Origin: Thermodesulfovibrionales bacterium
GTDB lineage: Bacteria > Nitrospirota > Thermodesulfovibrionia > Thermodesulfovibrionales > Dissulfurispiraceae
Reading direction: 5' to 3'
Assembly (NCBI GenBank): GCA_026415695.1
Contig: JAOAGP010000064.1
Location: 368-64,367 of the forward strand
DNA length: 64,000 nt
Shown: positions 8,796 through 21,043 of the stretch, piece by piece
Layout of the letters: each line of letters begins with the position of its first letter
Numbering within the stretch: position 1 is the first letter of the stretch
The notes under the pieces: generated by a model
Seen by the model: only the letters and a program-made list of their open reading frames with translations
What the model was told of the DNA's origin: nothing
Databases searched by the model: none
Position numbers and translations under genes: made by a program

Positions 8796-10303
8796 GTACA
8801 GAACTTGTAATCAATGTTACAGAACAAGAAAGCAAGGTTGCTCTTCTTGAGAATGGTCAGGTTGTAGAACTTTATATTGAAAGAAAAAGGGACGCAAGCC
8901 TTGTAGGCAATATTTACAAGGGAAAGGTCATAAAGATATTGCCGGGTATGCAGTCTGCATTCATTGATATTGGACTTGACAAGGCTGCGTTTTTGTATGT
9001 TGCAGATATAATGACTGATATTGATGAATACTACACCGCTTTCCTTGAATCAGAAAGTGAAAGATTATACATCTTTGAAAAACCAGCGGTAACACCACAA
9101 AAGGGAATCCCTATTGAAGACCTCATCCAAGAAGGGCAGGAGTTACTTGTGCAGGTATCCAAAGACCCGATAGGCACAAAAGGTGCGAGGGTTACATCGT
9201 ATGTAACACTACCGGGTAGATATATAGTATTGATGCCAAATGTTGACCATGTGGGCGTATCAAGAAGGATTGAAAATGAAGAAACAAGACAAAGACTAAA
9301 GGGCATAGCCTCTGAGATTCGCTCAAAAGGTTTTGGACTTATCATGCGCACTGCAAGTGAGGATGCCACCTATGAAGAGATAAAGAATGATTACGAGTTT
9401 CTTACAATGCTGTGGGAAAACATCTTTACTAAAAAGGATAAGGTTTCTGCCCCATCTTTGCTTTACAGTGACCTTGACCTTGTCTTCAGAAGTATAAGGG
9501 ATTTTATGAGCCATGATATTGAAAGGGTGATTATTGATAATTACGACGAGTATGAAAGGGTTAAGGAGTTTTCAGGTGTGTATTTCCCAAGACTGCACAA
9601 TAGGATCTCCTTCTATGACGGCAGAGAGCCAATCTTTGACGCATTAGGTATTGAGTTAGACATATCAAGGGCACTTGACAGAAAGGTATGGCTGAAGTCG
9701 GGCGGTTATATCGTAATTGATCAGACCGAGGCAATGACCGTTATTGATGTAAACACTGGTAAGTTTGTAGGCAAGGAAAACCTTGAAAATACAATCCTAA
9801 AGACCAACCTTGAGGCAGTAAAGGAGATTGCCTATCAGATAAGGTTGAGAAATCTTGGCGGGATAATCATCATAGATTTTATTGACATGGAAAAGGCAGA
9901 AAACAAGGAAAAGGTTTTTACATCCTTTATGGAGATAATGAAAAAGGACAGGGCAAAAAACACGATTTACAACATCACAGAGTTAGGCATAGTTCAGATG
10001 ACAAGAAAAAGGGTAAGGGAAAGTCTTGGGAGGATACTGTCAGACCAGTGTCCGTATTGTGAGGGCAAGGGGTTTGTAAAGTCTCCAAGGACGGTTGCCT
10101 ATGAAACATTTGATAAGTTAAGGAAGATGAATCTTCAACCCAACACAATAGTCATCATCAAGGCTCATCCAAAGGTGGCAGAACTCCTATCTGATGAAGA
10201 AAGACAGGGTCTTGAAAACATTGAAAAACGCTACAACATAAAGATAATCGTCAACAAGGAAGAAAGCCTCCATCAAGAGACCTGTGATATCTCCATATTG
10301 TAA
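8792..10303 (+). CDS. rng: Ribonuclease G/E family endoribonuclease
   Basis: S1 domain (GNIYKGKVIKILPGMQSAFIDIGLDKAAFL), catalytic-region IIIDFIDM and Zn-link-like CPYCEGKG. Confidence 0.9.
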   Translation: MSTELVINVTEQESKVALLENGQVVELYIERKRDASLVGNIYKGKVIKILPGMQSAFIDIGLDKAAFLYVADIMTDIDEYYTAFLESESERLYIFEKPAVTPQKGIPIEDLIQEGQELLVQVSKDPIGTKGARVTSYVTLPGRYIVLMPNVDHVGVSRRIENEETRQRLKGIASEIRSKGFGLIMRTASEDATYEEIKNDYEFLTMLWENIFTKKDKVSAPSLLYSDLDLVFRSIRDFMSHDIERVIIDNYDEYERVKEFSGVYFPRLHNRISFYDGREPIFDALGIELDISRALDRKVWLKSGGYIVIDQTEAMTVIDVNTGKFVGKENLENTILKTNLEAVKEIAYQIRLRNLGGIIIIDFIDMEKAENKEKVFTSFMEIMKKDRAKNTIYNITELGIVQMTRKRVRESLGRILSDQCPYCEGKGFVKSPRTVAYETFDKLRKMNLQPNTIVIIKAHPKVAELLSDEERQGLENIEKRYNIKIIVNKEESLHQETCDISIL

Positions 10304-10309
10304 AAGTAG

Positions 10310-11101
10310 ATGTCCACTTACGAAAGGCTACTTTCAAAAATCAAAGGATACAACAACTCTATCATAGCCTATTCAGGGGGAGTGGACAGCTCGCTCTTGC
10401 TGAAACTATCAAAAGTAGCAGAGATTAAGGTGTTGCCTATAACTGTTGTCTCAGAGGTTACGATAAAAAGGGATGTGGAAGATGCAAAGGCATTTACAAG
10501 TAGCATTGGTATTAATCTACATATTGAATACATAACACTGCTGTCAAACGATAACTTTAGAAAAAACCCTCGTAACAGGTGCTTTTTTTGTAAAGAGATA
10601 ATGATGAAGAGACTCTTATCAATAGCCAAAGAAAAGGGCTATGAATACATACTTGAAGGCACTAACCACGACGATTTAGATGATTGGCGCCCCGGACTTG
10701 AGGCTATAAAGAAATACCCAGAGGTCAAAAGCCCATTTCTTGAGATGTCAGTAAAAAAGATGGATATAAGGGGAATCTTGAAGGATTTGGGCATGACTAT
10801 CCGGAATAAGCACGCATCACCTTGTCTTGCCACAAGGATTCATTACGATACAGAGATTACACAGGAGATCATTGATAAGGTAAGACAGGCAGAGGAGATA
10901 CTAATCAACAAGGGCTTCAGAGATGTTAGGGTAAGAACAGATGGCAATAACGCCTTTCTTGAGGTTAATCCAAACCAGACTTCACGGTTAATTGATACTG
11001 CATTGGGTAATGAAATCATAGATAAAATGTTGTCCATTGGGTTTAAGACAGTTGACATTGCAAGGGATGGTTATGTAAGTGGTAGGCTTAATAAAACATA
11101 A
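10310..11101 (+). CDS. larE: LarE-family PP-loop ATP-utilising sulfur transferase (TIGR00268-like)
   Basis: PP-loop SGGVDSS. Three Cys sit at CFFC and SPCLATR, the pattern of Fe-S-cluster-type LarE homologs. Confidence 0.75.
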   Translation: MSTYERLLSKIKGYNNSIIAYSGGVDSSLLLKLSKVAEIKVLPITVVSEVTIKRDVEDAKAFTSSIGINLHIEYITLLSNDNFRKNPRNRCFFCKEIMMKRLLSIAKEKGYEYILEGTNHDDLDDWRPGLEAIKKYPEVKSPFLEMSVKKMDIRGILKDLGMTIRNKHASPCLATRIHYDTEITQEIIDKVRQAEEILINKGFRDVRVRTDGNNAFLEVNPNQTSRLIDTALGNEIIDKMLSIGFKTVDIARDGYVSGRLNKT

Positions 11102-12272
11102 AGTGAGAAGACATCCTTCTGATTGTGTAAATTGTGGTGTTTGCAAGGCAAGATGCCCGATTTACAAAGAGACATCAAAAGAGTCTTATGGTGCAAGGGG
11201 AAGGATGGCTCTGATAAAGGCATTTTCAGATGGTGAACTCATAGATACAAAACAACTGTCTGAAAGGCTTTTTAGTTGTTTACTCTGTGGGGCTTGTAAC
11301 AAATCTTGTCCTCTCAACATTGATCTTACAAGGTCTATATGTGAGATACGAGGTCTTCTGAAACACAAAGACAAAAAGACACATCTGCTATCTTATCTAA
11401 TAAAATATGGATTTAGAAATCCAAAAAACATCTTTAAGGGCATTGGTTTCTTTGATTATCTCTGTCAGCATCTTCCTTTTAAGGAAAAGTTAGACAACCT
11501 CCGTAGAAGATACGGATTAAAGATTACACCGTCAAAAACATCCCTTGTAGATACAATTACCTTGAGTAAGGCTAAAGAATCTATAGGTAGGGTGGCAGTG
11601 TATCCCGGATGTTCTGTTAATTACTTGTTTGCATCAATGGGTATTTCGCTTATTGAGGTGCTAAATCAACTCAACTACGACATAGTTATACCAAGAAAAT
11701 ACTTTTGCTGTGGTGCTCCACAGTTTGCAATGGGCTTTTTGAAAGAGGCAGAAAATATCGCAAGGAAACAGATTGAGGTGTTTCAGTCCTTCTCTTTAGA
11801 TGCAGTTGTAAGTCTCTGCCCTACATGTGTGCATATGATGTCAGATGTGTATGAAATCTTAATCGGTGAGACGATACAAGGTATCATAGATGCAAACCGT
11901 TTTATTGCAAAACATACTAAAAACATTCTTGATATCTCTGACAACATTAGTTCTCTCTACACAGACAACATGGTTATCTATCATCAGCCATGCCATTCAA
12001 AGAATTATATAAACGCTGGGAATGAGATACCATCTCTGCTAAAGTCTGTAGGTCTTCATCTTCATTATGATGATACATGCTGTGGGTTCGGTGGAACCTT
12101 TAGGTTTATTCAAACAGGGTTGTCAAATATGCTTACATCAAGGATTAAACAAAGGTATAGTCAAAGTGGACTTGTGATAACATCTTGTCCAAACTGTATA
12201 ATTCAGTTTAGAAATCACAATATAAATAGCAAGCACTTTATTGATATAATAAAATACGCAATGAAAGGATAA
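11079..12272 (+). CDS. (Fe-S)-binding oxidoreductase with two 4Fe-4S motifs and CCG cysteine-rich domains (GlcF/HdrD-like)
   Basis: CVNCGVCKARCP and CLLCGACNKSCP ferredoxin motifs; CCG motifs FCCGAP and TCCGFGG. The real start may be the in-frame GTG at 11103, directly after the larE stop. Confidence 0.8.
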   Translation: MVGLIKHKVRRHPSDCVNCGVCKARCPIYKETSKESYGARGRMALIKAFSDGELIDTKQLSERLFSCLLCGACNKSCPLNIDLTRSICEIRGLLKHKDKKTHLLSYLIKYGFRNPKNIFKGIGFFDYLCQHLPFKEKLDNLRRRYGLKITPSKTSLVDTITLSKAKESIGRVAVYPGCSVNYLFASMGISLIEVLNQLNYDIVIPRKYFCCGAPQFAMGFLKEAENIARKQIEVFQSFSLDAVVSLCPTCVHMMSDVYEILIGETIQGIIDANRFIAKHTKNILDISDNISSLYTDNMVIYHQPCHSKNYINAGNEIPSLLKSVGLHLHYDDTCCGFGGTFRFIQTGLSNMLTSRIKQRYSQSGLVITSCPNCIIQFRNHNINSKHFIDIIKYAMKG

Positions 12273-12276
12273 AGAG

Positions 12277-13014
12277 ATGGATGAAAAACTAAAAATAATA
12301 CTCCCCAACATGGTTGAAGAAACCACAGAAAAACACAAGCAGGTATCATATCAAAAGACATGTAAAAGATGCGGACAATGCTGTAGAGCCGCAAGCCCTT
12401 TGCTCTTAAAAACAGATTACTCACTTTTTATTTCAGGACATCTTACTGATACCAATACTTACACCCTTCGCCTTGGTGAACCCATTTTAAATAGGCTTGA
12501 ACAGGATGTCTATTTCATGCCTTTTGAGGCAATCAAGATAGAAGATGAAAACAATGCTTGCCACTTTTATGCCGGTAGCGGTGAGTGTTTGATATATGAG
12601 GATAGACCAACACAATGCCAAACCTATGAATGCTGGAACAATGCTCCACATCAAGAGTCATTAGAGGAGATAAGGCTAACAAGACAGGACATCTTTGGTG
12701 ATATTGACCCCATTATTAAGGTCATAACAAAACATGATGAGGTCTGTTCTTATGAAACATTAATAGATTTAATCCAGAAACTTAAGGAAGGTGACGAATC
12801 AAGTCTCACACAAATACAACAGATGATAGACTATGATATCGCAACGAGAGAGTTTCTCAATGAAAACTACGGCATCTCACCTAAAGGGCTTCACCTTGTA
12901 TTAGGCAAACCTTTATACAAAAAGATTGAACTCTTTGGATTACAGGTTATAGAAAACGAGGATGGTTCATTACAAATTCAAATAAAGGAGACAGGCAATG
13001 AAGATATTTCTTGA
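12277..13014 (+). CDS. YkgJ-family (UPF0153) zinc/iron-chelating cysteine-cluster protein
   Basis: CKRCGQCC motif followed by downstream Cys (CHFY...[18 protein letters not shown]). Confidence 0.65.
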   Translation: MDEKLKIILPNMVEETTEKHKQVSYQKTCKRCGQCCRAASPLLLKTDYSLFISGHLTDTNTYTLRLGEPILNRLEQDVYFMPFEAIKIEDENNACHFYAGSGECLIYEDRPTQCQTYECWNNAPHQESLEEIRLTRQDIFGDIDPIIKVITKHDEVCSYETLIDLIQKLKEGDESSLTQIQQMIDYDIATREFLNENYGISPKGLHLVLGKPLYKKIELFGLQVIENEDGSLQIQIKETGNEDIS

Positions 13015-13651
13015 TAGTGCAAATATTGAAGAGATAAAAAAGGCTGTATCTTTAGGGGTAATAGACGGTGTTACAACAAATCCGTCCTTGATAGCAAAAG
13101 AAAAGAGGGAGCCTATATCATTACTTAAGGAGATATGTGAAATAGTTGATGGTCCTATCAGTGCAGAGGTTATAAGTCTTAAGTCTAACGAGATGGTAAA
13201 AGAAGCAGTTGAGTTAGCCAAGATACATAACAACATTGTAATAAAAATCCCTATGACCGATGAGGGATTACGGGCAGTGAAGATACTTTCATCAGAGGGT
13301 ATCAAGACCAATGTAACACTTGTCTTTACTGCACTGCAGGCACTTTTAGCAGCAAAGGCAGGTGCAACATATGTAAGTCCTTTTGTAGGAAGGCTTGATG
13401 ACATCAGCAGTTTCGGTATAGACATAATTACAGACATCAAGGAGATATTTGACAACTTTTATTTCATCACAGAGATAATAGTTGCAAGTATAAGAAATCC
13501 CCTTCATGTGCTTGAGTCTGCAAAGATTGGTGCTCACATTGCCACAATACCATATAATGTTTTGTTACAACTAACAAAACATCCACTTACCGACATTGGC
13601 ATTGAGCGTTTCATAAAGGATTGGGAAAAGACAAAAGGGCTTGAGAAATGA
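12998..13651 (+). CDS. tal: Short-form transaldolase / fructose-6-phosphate aldolase
   Basis: [13 protein letters not shown]...GVTTNPSL, the active-site Lys context VIKIPMT and SPFVGRLDD. Confidence 0.9.
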   Translation: MKIFLDSANIEEIKKAVSLGVIDGVTTNPSLIAKEKREPISLLKEICEIVDGPISAEVISLKSNEMVKEAVELAKIHNNIVIKIPMTDEGLRAVKILSSEGIKTNVTLVFTALQALLAAKAGATYVSPFVGRLDDISSFGIDIITDIKEIFDNFYFITEIIVASIRNPLHVLESAKIGAHIATIPYNVLLQLTKHPLTDIGIERFIKDWEKTKGLEK

Positions 13652-15303
13652 ACACAGATTCAAAAAAGGTTGTTTATGTTGTAGGGCATAAAAATCCTGA
13701 TACTGATTCAATCTGCTCTGCTATTGGGTATGCACATTTTAAGAATGCAACCGACAAGAGATTTCACTTTATACCAACAAGGGCAGGAAAGATGAATGAA
13801 GAGTCAACCTTTATCTTAAATAGATTTGGCATCCCGATACCTGATGAGATTGAGTCACTGTCTGCTACAGTTAGTGATCTGACCCTCAAGAAACCAATAT
13901 TTGTAAGAACCACAGACTCTATCCAAACACTTGCCCAACTCATGAAAGAAACAGGAGTGAGGTCTGTCCCTGTTGTTGATACTCACAACAAGGTCTGCGG
14001 GATTGTAGGGTTAAGGGATATCGCACAACACTACATGGATAGTGTTAATTTCTTTGACCTATCAAAATCACCCATTGAGTTGGACTTATTGGTAAAGACT
14101 CTTGATTGTCGTGTAGTATCCAATACTTCAGGCATAGAAAGACTTTCAGGAAGGGTCTTTATAACAACGATGCAAAAGGGGACTATATTAAACAGGATTG
14201 AAAAAGGCGACATCGTCATTACTGGAGACCAGTATGACATTCAGATGGAGGTAATACATGCCGGATGCTCTGCAATTATTACTACTAATCTCATGGAGCC
14301 AACCTCTGATGTTATAAAACTGGCAAAAGAATATGGCACGCTCATCCTTGTATCACCATACAACACATTTGCCACAGTGCATCTTATGACAATGTCAGTG
14401 CCTGTTGAATCAATCATGTGTAGAAAGATACCGACTGTCGGACTTTATACACCGATATCAGTTGTCCTAAAAAACATACTTGAGTCGGACTATCGTTCTG
14501 AAATAGTTGTTGATAGTGATAACAACCTAATCGGATTTATCACCCGCACAGACCTTTTAGTCCCTGTCAAGAAAAAGGTTATCCTCGTTGACCACAATGA
14601 GGTATCACAAGCAGTAGATGGCATTGAGGAGGCAGAGATACTTGAGATAATAGACCATCACAGAGTAGGTGACATATCAACCGTTGCCCCGATATATGTT
14701 TACAATGACCCTGTTGGTAGCACCTGCACTGTGGTTGCAAACATAATGTTTTTACACCAGATAAGGATACCAAAGGAGATAGCAGGGGTGTTGCTTTCTG
14801 GTATCCTTTCAGATACCTTAATCTTAACCCTTTCAACAACCACCTCAAAGGATGTCTATGCAGCAGAACAACTTGCAGAATTAGCAGGCATATCAATAAA
14901 GGAATACGGCAAGGAACTTTTAAGTGAAAGCATAAACACCAAAGGCAAGACATCGGCAGAGCTGATATCTGCAGATTTTAAGGAGTTTAACATCGGTGGC
15001 AAAAAACTCGGTATAAGTCAGATGATGGTGCTTGACTGCGAGGAGGTAAATCTCCGAGAGGCAGAACTATTAGAAGAACTTGAAAGGATAAAGGAGATAG
15101 GTAACTACGACCTAACAGCCTTACTCATCACAAACCCAATAAGCTCAAGACAGGAAAGGATACTTCTTAAGGGCGAGACATGGATTGTTGAAAAAGCATT
15201 TAATGTAAAGGTTGAAAACAACACCTGCACCCTCCCACACATCATGTCTCGTAAACGGGACTTTATCCCTGCAATAGGTCAAGTATTGACTATGGTGAGA
15301 TAG
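13648..15303 (+). CDS. CBS-domain-containing family II (DHH/DHHA2) inorganic pyrophosphatase
   Basis: DHH motifs ([23 protein letters not shown]), an inserted CBS pair and a C-terminal DHHA2 region. ATGA overlap with the tal stop. Confidence 0.8.
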   Translation: MNTDSKKVVYVVGHKNPDTDSICSAIGYAHFKNATDKRFHFIPTRAGKMNEESTFILNRFGIPIPDEIESLSATVSDLTLKKPIFVRTTDSIQTLAQLMKETGVRSVPVVDTHNKVCGIVGLRDIAQHYMDSVNFFDLSKSPIELDLLVKTLDCRVVSNTSGIERLSGRVFITTMQKGTILNRIEKGDIVITGDQYDIQMEVIHAGCSAIITTNLMEPTSDVIKLAKEYGTLILVSPYNTFATVHLMTMSVPVESIMCRKIPTVGLYTPISVVLKNILESDYRSEIVVDSDNNLIGFITRTDLLVPVKKKVILVDHNEVSQAVDGIEEAEILEIIDHHRVGDISTVAPIYVYNDPVGSTCTVVANIMFLHQIRIPKEIAGVLLSGILSDTLILTLSTTTSKDVYAAEQLAELAGISIKEYGKELLSESINTKGKTSAELISADFKEFNIGGKKLGISQMMVLDCEEVNLREAELLEELERIKEIGNYDLTALLITNPISSRQERILLKGETWIVEKAFNVKVENNTCTLPHIMSRKRDFIPAIGQVLTMVR

Positions 15304-15313
15304 GGCAATGCCA

Positions 15314-18300
15314 TTAAGATTGCTGGTTGCTACTTTCTTTATTTCTAAAAAACTCATAATACAAAAGAGGCACTGCAATTAGTGTAAGTAAGGTGGCAGC
15401 CACAGCCCCAAACATCATAGATATTGCAAGCCCCTGAAATATAGGGTCAAATAGCATCACAAATGAACCAACTACCACCGCTGCTGCAGTAAGCACAATT
15501 GGTCTAAACCTCACAGCACCAGCCATGATAATGGCATCCTTTAAATCATTTGTTTGTCTCCACTGCATCTCAACAAAGTCAACAAGGAGGATAGAATTTC
15601 TGACTATTATCCCAGATAGTGCAATAAAACCAATCATTGAAGTTGCAGTAAAAAATGCATCAAATACCCAATGTCCTGGCAGTATCCCAACAAGTGTCAG
15701 AGGTATAGGTGCCATGATTACAATAGGCGTGATAAAGCTCCTAAACCATGCTACTACCAAGATGTAGATGATAACAAGCACTGCAGCAAATGCAACCCCC
15801 AAGTCCCTAAAGACCTCTATTGTAATATGCCATTCTCCATCCCACTTCATCGCATATCTGTCTTCAAGCCATGGTTGGATAGCATTATACTGCTTGAGTT
15901 CATAACCCTCTTTTAATTTTAGGTCTTGAATCGCTGACTTCATCTTAAGTATTGCATACACGGGGCTTTCTTCTACCCCTGCAACATCACCAATTACATA
16001 CACCACACGCTTTAGGTTCTTTCTGTATATCGTCTTTTCTTCAATGCCTTGTCTGATGCTTACCAATTCACGAAGTGGCACCCGTGTGCCATCTTGAGAT
16101 GTCAGGGTTAAGGATTTTATCGTCTCAATGTATGACCTCTGGTCAATCGGTGCCCTTAAGAGTATCTCAACTGGTTCCTTTTCATCTTCAAAATGGACAA
16201 GACCCACAGGCATACCAGCTATGATTGTCCTTAATGTGTTTGTTATGTTTGCCACATCAATTTTGTGGAGTCCGACCTTTTGTCTATCAATCACGAATTG
16301 CAATTTTCTTTGGTCATCCTCAACATACCAGTCAACATCTACAACACCATCTGTTTGTGTAAATACCTTTTTTATCTCCCTTGCTATCTCAATCTGACGG
16401 TTAAGTTCGGGACCATAAATCTCTGCCACAAGTGTGCTTAAAACAGGCGGTCCGGGTGGTATCTCCGCTATCTTAATATTTGCACCGTATTTTAGACCTA
16501 TTTGTTGCAGAGGAGGTCTTATCCTTTTAGCAATATCGTGGCTTTGTTCCTTTCTTTCGCCCTTTGCAACAAGATTTACCTGTATGTCAGCCACATTGCT
16601 ACCAGAACGCAGGAAGTAGTGTCTTACAAGACCGTTGAAATTAAAAGGTCCTGCAGTTCCAACATACATCTGATAATCCGATACCTCTGGCACCGTTTTG
16701 AGAAAGTCTCCGAGTTCCCTTGTCAGTTGTGCAGTCTCTTCAAGTGTCCTACCCTCTGGCATATCAATGATGACCTGTAGTTCTGACTTATTGTCAAATG
16801 GAAGCATCTTTACCTTGACTAATTTTAGCGGTATCATCGTGATTGTGATTAGCAGCAACAGTCCAACAACACCAATGGCAAGGAGTCTCTTAAACCTGCT
16901 TTCAATCAGCGGACCTAATGTCTTTGTATAAACCTTCTTCATGAATCCGCCTTCTTCTTGCTCATCTGATGCATGACCCTTTACATTCTTTAAAACGATA
17001 TAACTAAGCCACGGACTTACTATGAATGCAACTAAAAGTGAAAACAGCATTGCTGCAGAGGCACCCACTGGGATTGGTCTCATGTATGGTCCCATCAAAC
17101 CAGAGACAAACGCCATTGGTAAAAGGGCTGCAATGACTGTAAATGTGGCAAGTATTGTAGGGTTTCCAACCTCGTCTACTGCACCAACAGCCGTTTGTGG
17201 GCTCACTCCCCTTGTCTTAAAGTGTCTGTGTATGTTTTCAACGACTACGATAGCATCATCAACAAGTATTCCTATTGAAAATATAAGTGCAAAGAGTGTT
17301 ACCCTGTTTAGTGTATAGCCGTATAGGTAGTTGATTAAAAGTGTTAGGGCTAAAGTGACTGGCACTGCCACTGCTACAACTATGGACTCCCTCCAACCAA
17401 GTGCAAGTGCAATCAAGATAATAACCGAAATGGTTGCAATGAGCATGTGTTCGAGGAGTTCGTCTGATTTTTCCTTTGCAGTATCCCCATAGTTTCTTGT
17501 AATAGTAATATTGACATCCTTTGGTATGAGGTTGCCTTTTAAGGCATTTACCTTTTCTATGGCGTCTTTGGCTACTATGCTTGCATTTGCACCCTTTTTC
17601 TTTGCAATGGTGATGGTTACTGCCTCAAAATACTCGTTTGTTGAGACTGCCTTAATACCCTTTTTCTGTGCAGACGGACCAAGCCCCATGAAGACATAGT
17701 TGCTTGGCTCTTCTGGGCTATCAGTGATTGTTGAGACATACTTTAGGTAGATTGGCTTACCATTATAAACCGATACCAAAACCTTGTTTAAATCTTCTGC
17801 ATCTTTTATAGTAGCCCCTGTTTCAACCAGTATCTCTGTATTTTTTGAAACAACAGAACCTGAAGGGAGATTTAGATTTGTGTTTTTTAGTATCCCCATT
17901 ATGTGTAGCGGTGAAATGCTGTATGCGTTTAGTTTGTGGATATCAAGGTTTATCCTTATCTGTCTTCTTTGACCACCAATAATGTTAAATTCAGAGACAT
18001 TCTTGTCCTTTTTTATCTCATCACAGATTGTAGTGCCAATGCGTCTTAATTCATAGCCGGTGTATTGGCTATTCTCACTCCAAAGTGTGAGTGTAAGTAT
18101 TGGGACATCATCAATGGACTTTGGTTTTACCAAAGGTTGAGACACACCCGGGGGGATTATGTCGTAGTTTGACATGAGTTTGTTGTAAAGATTTACCAGA
18201 CTATCTTCAATATCTTCACCAACATAAAACCTAACGATTGTTAGGTTGTATCCGGGTCTCACTATTGAGTAGATATACTCCACCCCCTTAATCTCCCAGA

Positions 18301-18526
18301 GGAGTTTCTCCATTGGTCTTGTAACCCTCTCTTCCACCTCTTTTGCGGTAGCACCCGGGTATGTGACAATGACATCCACCATTGGCACTACTATTTGGGG
18401 TTCTTCTTCCCTTGGCGTAACTACAATGGCAAAAAGTCCAAGTAGTAATGACGAAATAACCAGTAATGGAGTGAGTTTTGACCTTAAAAACGCCTCTGCA
18501 ATCCTACCTGATAAGCCAACCTTCAT
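15314..18526 (-). CDS. RND efflux transporter permease (AcrB/CzcA superfamily)
   Basis: 1070 aa with the 12-TM RND architecture and two large periplasmic loops. 4-nt overlap with the upstream adaptor gene. Confidence 0.92.
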   Translation of the reverse strand: MKVGLSGRIAEAFLRSKLTPLLVISSLLLGLFAIVVTPREEEPQIVVPMVDVIVTYPGATAKEVEERVTRPMEKLLWEIKGVEYIYSIVRPGYNLTIVRFYVGEDIEDSLVNLYNKLMSNYDIIPPGVSQPLVKPKSIDDVPILTLTLWSENSQYTGYELRRIGTTICDEIKKDKNVSEFNIIGGQRRQIRINLDIHKLNAYSISPLHIMGILKNTNLNLPSGSVVSKNTEILVETGATIKDAEDLNKVLVSVYNGKPIYLKYVSTITDSPEEPSNYVFMGLGPSAQKKGIKAVSTNEYFEAVTITIAKKKGANASIVAKDAIEKVNALKGNLIPKDVNITITRNYGDTAKEKSDELLEHMLIATISVIILIALALGWRESIVVAVAVPVTLALTLLINYLYGYTLNRVTLFALIFSIGILVDDAIVVVENIHRHFKTRGVSPQTAVGAVDEVGNPTILATFTVIAALLPMAFVSGLMGPYMRPIPVGASAAMLFSLLVAFIVSPWLSYIVLKNVKGHASDEQEEGGFMKKVYTKTLGPLIESRFKRLLAIGVVGLLLLITITMIPLKLVKVKMLPFDNKSELQVIIDMPEGRTLEETAQLTRELGDFLKTVPEVSDYQMYVGTAGPFNFNGLVRHYFLRSGSNVADIQVNLVAKGERKEQSHDIAKRIRPPLQQIGLKYGANIKIAEIPPGPPVLSTLVAEIYGPELNRQIEIAREIKKVFTQTDGVVDVDWYVEDDQRKLQFVIDRQKVGLHKIDVANITNTLRTIIAGMPVGLVHFEDEKEPVEILLRAPIDQRSYIETIKSLTLTSQDGTRVPLRELVSIRQGIEEKTIYRKNLKRVVYVIGDVAGVEESPVYAILKMKSAIQDLKLKEGYELKQYNAIQPWLEDRYAMKWDGEWHITIEVFRDLGVAFAAVLVIIYILVVAWFRSFITPIVIMAPIPLTLVGILPGHWVFDAFFTATSMIGFIALSGIIVRNSILLVDFVEMQWRQTNDLKDAIIMAGAVRFRPIVLTAAAVVVGSFVMLFDPIFQGLAISMMFGAVAATLLTLIAVPLLYYEFFRNKESSNQQS

Positions 18527-19680
18527 CTGCCTGCTACCTCTACAAATCCTCCCTCAACCACCTTCTCAATACCGCTTGATATTATCTTGTCATTTGGTTT
18601 TAAACCTGATAACACCTCAACCTTATCACCAATAGAACTTCCCAATTTGACCAATCTATAACTCACCATAGTCTTATCATCTACTGCATACACACCTGTA
18701 AGTTGACCCTTCTTGACAATGCAGTTTTTATCAATTAGGATAGCGTCTCTTTTGCCAAGTGTAAACAAAACCCTTGTAAACATGCCAGACCTAATACCTT
18801 GACCAGAAATGTCTATCTTTGTGATAAATGAGCGAGTTTTTGGGTCTACTGAGGGAACGACCTCTGTAACCTTTGCCTTATACTCCTTGTTTAGTCCATC
18901 AATCTTTACAATTAATGGTAGACCAGTCTTTATCTTCCCTGACATTGACTCATCCACATTGACCTCAATGTAGTATGAGCCAATGCCTTCAATGTTAAAT
19001 AGTGGGGCACCAACAACAGCAACATTTCCTTTTTCAATGTTTTTTGAGGTAATGACGCCATCATAGGGAGCTGTTATTGAGGTGTATCTTTGATAGGTTA
19101 GTGCCTCATTGAGCATTGCCTTTGCCCTTTCAAACTCTGATTGTGCGACCGTCATCTGTGTCTTTATCTGGTCAAACTCCTGACCAGAGACTGCCTTTTC
19201 ATCATAGAGAGTCTTGTATCTTTCGTAGGTCTTTTTTGAAAACTCCATGTTGTGTCTTGCTGATTCTAACCCCTTTTCTGCTGCCTTTACCTTTTCTCTT
19301 ACATCTGAATCATCTATCTTTATGAGAATCTGACCTTCCTTTACAAGATCCCCCTCCTTCACATACACCTCTTTGACCTCTCCAACTACCCTTGCTGATA
19401 CATTGCCAGAAAGCCTTGACCTCACATTACCAGTAAGTTCATAAACTTCATCTATGGTTGAAAGGGTAATTGTTGAGACTGATACCCCTTGTATCCTTTC
19501 TTTTTTTGTCTCAAGTTCTGATGATTTTGTCTTGTCCTTGCAAGCAAAGATTAATGTAAGTGTAAGCAATAAGATACTGAGCCTAAATAAAACTCGTGTT
19601 TTTGTGATAGATAAACTTGGCAGGGAGAGTTCTCTATTATGCTTCTTTAGTATTGAAGTTTTTTGTGAAGTCCTAATCAT
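18523..19680 (-). CDS. RND efflux periplasmic adaptor (membrane fusion protein), lipoprotein
   Basis: Lipobox LIFAC; lipoyl, coiled-coil and beta-barrel MFP pattern. AGGAGGT RBS upstream. Confidence 0.88.
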   Translation of the reverse strand: MIRTSQKTSILKKHNRELSLPSLSITKTRVLFRLSILLLTLTLIFACKDKTKSSELETKKERIQGVSVSTITLSTIDEVYELTGNVRSRLSGNVSARVVGEVKEVYVKEGDLVKEGQILIKIDDSDVREKVKAAEKGLESARHNMEFSKKTYERYKTLYDEKAVSGQEFDQIKTQMTVAQSEFERAKAMLNEALTYQRYTSITAPYDGVITSKNIEKGNVAVVGAPLFNIEGIGSYYIEVNVDESMSGKIKTGLPLIVKIDGLNKEYKAKVTEVVPSVDPKTRSFITKIDISGQGIRSGMFTRVLFTLGKRDAILIDKNCIVKKGQLTGVYAVDDKTMVSYRLVKLGSSIGDKVEVLSGLKPNDKIISSGIEKVVEGGFVEVAGR

Positions 19681-19688
19681 CTTACCTC

Positions 19689-21020
19689 CTATTGAAGTTT
19701 GAGTTCTTTAAGCAAGATGCCACTTTGTAGTTTAAGATTTGCTATAGCAAGATAAAGGGCGTTTGTCTTTTCATTGAGATTAGACCTTGCTAAATCAAGA
19801 ACAGATTGGGCATTTAACAGATCTACAATTGGGGAAAGACCATTTTCGTATCTTACCTTGATTAGTCTTTTGCCCTCTTCAGCTGTCTTTAGATTCTTTT
19901 CAGCCAAAAGTAACGCCGACTTTGCTAAATCATAGTTTTCAAACGCCTCAAATACAGAATATTTTATGTGTGATTTCATCTGTTGAAGATAAAATTGAGC
20001 CTCGTTCTTTTGATGCGTTGCCTTTTGGTATTCGTAATTGCGTTTAAAACTATCAAAGATGTTCCATCTCAAAAATGCTACTAACTGCCAACTATCTCCC
20101 TCTCTGCCCAATAGTCTTTTAGGGTCATTCATCTGATATGATGCACCAATGCCAACTGTCGGATAATATTCTGCCTTTGCCAATTCAATGTTATCCGCTG
20201 CGGTTTCTACCTTCTTGCTCATTGCCTTAATATCCTCACGCAACTCAGAGTGTTTGAGATATTCATCAAGGCTCTTTGCAATGAATTCTATCTGTTGATC
20301 GTCCACGATGTCTATTGCCTCATCCCTTGACAGAAGTAATCCCAAAGACCGCTTTGCAATATTTAGGTCTTTTTCTACCTTCAGTAATCTTTGCCGTGCC
20401 TCTAATAGTGCGGTCTCAGCCCTTAATCTGTCTGAAAGTAGCCCAAGGGCGTTTTTGTATCTCAAATCAGCAATCCTCAATATCTCCTCTGCCTCCTCAA
20501 CTGCCTTTTTTGAGGCATCAATAAACCCCTTAATTGTCTTTATTGCAATGTATGATTGTATTACACGATAAGCCAGTTCCTCCTTTTTTCTATTGAGTTC
20601 ATATCCCTTTGTGTCAAAAACCTTTTTAGCCATATCAACATAGACATTTAGTTTTCTGACAAATATCGGTTGCTCAAATGAAAACACAGTTTGAAAGTCA
20701 TTTGTAGGGGTTGGATTATTGAGATTAGGGATGTAAAAGTCTGACTCTGTAAACCTCCCTTGATTGAGTTTTGACATGAATGAGTAAGTTGGATTGTTTG
20801 TCCTCATGAATCGCTCTTCAAAGGTTATCTTTGGTAACAGATGCGTTTGTGTGATTGTAATCTCTTTTTTTTGTGCTTGGAGATTCTCTTCTAATGCCTT
20901 AATCTCCCTATTGTTTTGTAGTGCTAAAGATATTGCTTCTTTGAGAGTTATGGATGTTTGGGCATGACAAAACGATACTAATATGAATAGAAATGAAAGG
21001 GTAGATATTAATACTCGCAA
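19689..21020 (-). CDS. TolC-family outer membrane efflux protein
   Basis: Signal peptide and duplicated coiled-coil OEP repeats. TTG start preceded by AGGAGGTG. Confidence 0.85.
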   Translation of the reverse strand: MRVLISTLSFLFILVSFCHAQTSITLKEAISLALQNNREIKALEENLQAQKKEITITQTHLLPKITFEERFMRTNNPTYSFMSKLNQGRFTESDFYIPNLNNPTPTNDFQTVFSFEQPIFVRKLNVYVDMAKKVFDTKGYELNRKKEELAYRVIQSYIAIKTIKGFIDASKKAVEEAEEILRIADLRYKNALGLLSDRLRAETALLEARQRLLKVEKDLNIAKRSLGLLLSRDEAIDIVDDQQIEFIAKSLDEYLKHSELREDIKAMSKKVETAADNIELAKAEYYPTVGIGASYQMNDPKRLLGREGDSWQLVAFLRWNIFDSFKRNYEYQKATHQKNEAQFYLQQMKSHIKYSVFEAFENYDLAKSALLLAEKNLKTAEEGKRLIKVRYENGLSPIVDLLNAQSVLDLARSNLNEKTNALYLAIANLKLQSGILLKELKLQ

Positions 21021-21043
21021 AGACTACACCTCCTTTGTGAGAT

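Noticed and set aside
12970-13455. 161-aa ORF antisense to the transaldolase gene. Similar long antisense or overlapping ORFs occur at 14579-14953, 40932-41471, 2393-2815 and 34628-34999.
   Set aside because: Each lies fully inside a well-supported gene on the other strand or in another frame. The translations are low-complexity, Leu/Ser/Cys-rich and motif-free, with no RBS. They are typical shadow ORFs.
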